A DNA stretch of 64,000 nt, from NCBI RefSeq assembly GCF_001194135.2, contig NC_068992.1, forward strand, positions 2,281,688 to 2,345,687, read 5' to 3'. How positions within the stretch are numbered: the first letter of the stretch is position 1; every line of letters starts with the position of its first letter. Below the pieces are notes generated by a model. That model saw only the letters and a program-made list of their open reading frames with translations. It searched no databases and was not told the DNA's origin. The position numbers and the translations under genes were made by a program. This document shows, in pieces, positions 62,911 through 64,000 of the stretch. The DNA is from Octopus bimaculoides (Eukaryota).

Positions 62911-63904
62911 TGCTTCGTTCATTAAGACCGATATAATAGTAACCGTCAGACGTATAGTCTTGGATTGTATTATGGAATATGGAGGAAACTAGATTCCACA
63001 CTAGATCAGTTGACGATCTTACTAAGTTTTACTAACATAGTTGTAGCTTAGCAGAATAGAGAGACAATGCCTGCAGGTTTGTTCCGAGATTTTCTTCCAA
63101 GATTGCTTACATCCCGACGCAAAGATAAAAATAATAGATAACAACTTTTATGGCAGAAAAAGTGCCAATTGCATATCACCGAAAATAGCTTTCAAAAATG
63201 TTTTCTTCTAATTCTGCCTCTTCAGAACTACCTATGTGGAACTGTTACCATCTTTAGTATGAAATACTTCAGAAAAATGCAACATATAAAGAAATTTATT
63301 TATTTAATGTTTCTCTGCATACATTTTTGTAACCGTCTTACATTTTCCAAAATAACTGAGGAATTTCTATAGGTACGAAAATACCTTAATGTGTTTAATT
63401 TGTCCGCTTTTGTTTCGAGTTGCCATGGTTGACACTCGTTTTATATAATTTCAGTAAGAATGACATAAGTGCTAGTCAAGAAATGGTCTCGAAATAGTCG
63501 GCACTACTCTATTACCCAAAATATCGTGGCTCTGCGCCAGACTTTGAAATCATTAGAACTCTTTTCATTTTGCTGCGTCGTCGTCTTCTTCTGAACCTCC
63601 TTCTTTGGAAGCAGTAAATACCTGGAAAGCAGGTAGTTAGCAATAATTGGTGTGAGGATCAGTTTGTGCTAGCAACAAGACCTCCGCCAGTTGAGAGTCT
63701 AAATTTACACCGGTTCAGACTGTTTTTACATAACCTCTCAGATTGAAAACAACAAAGTAGAAAAGAATTTTCAAAGAGAAATATTAATGTGAAACAGCCG
63801 TTGCCACATTCACTATTTCTGTCTGACTTTGTATGTATACATACACATGCGTATGTGTGTGTGTGTGTGTGTGTGTGTGTCAGTGTGCATACATGCACAC
63901 ACAC

Positions 63905-64000
63905 ATATATGCATATATATATATGCATATATATATATGCATATATATATATGCATATATATATATATGCATATATATATATATGCATATATATATATAT
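63905..64000. repeat. (TA)n tract punctuated by GC at roughly regular 12-16 bp intervals
   Basis: Repeated GCATATATATATAT units to the window end. Confidence 0.92.

Overview
AT-rich eukaryotic non-coding DNA (intron or intergenic) with 11 assembly gaps, each next to a simple repeat. The mix of tRNA-headed SINE families and the extreme microsatellite load point to a cephalopod, probably Octopus (inference from recalled repeat families, not a search). No complete protein-coding gene is recognisable; almost all ORFs in the track are microsatellite or N-gap artefacts. Supported content: about 25 SINE copies or fragments in four working families (A-D, my labels); decayed retroelement fragments (RTE, two R2-superfamily restriction-like endonuclease ends, CR1-like, a 1.25-kb Penelope-like RT with YRDD); DNA transposons (rearranged mariner, Merlin derivative, pogo/Tigger-type MITE, a foldback element with inverted TTAGGG repeats); and degraded Penelope-type hammerhead motifs. 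The best lead is a clean polypyrimidine-CAG|GTAAGT site at 13159/13160, the signature of a recursive (zero-length exon) splice site, with a weaker second candidate at 20717/20718. A few low-confidence small exons on both strands are listed. All alignments were done by eye, so boundaries of degraded elements are approximate.
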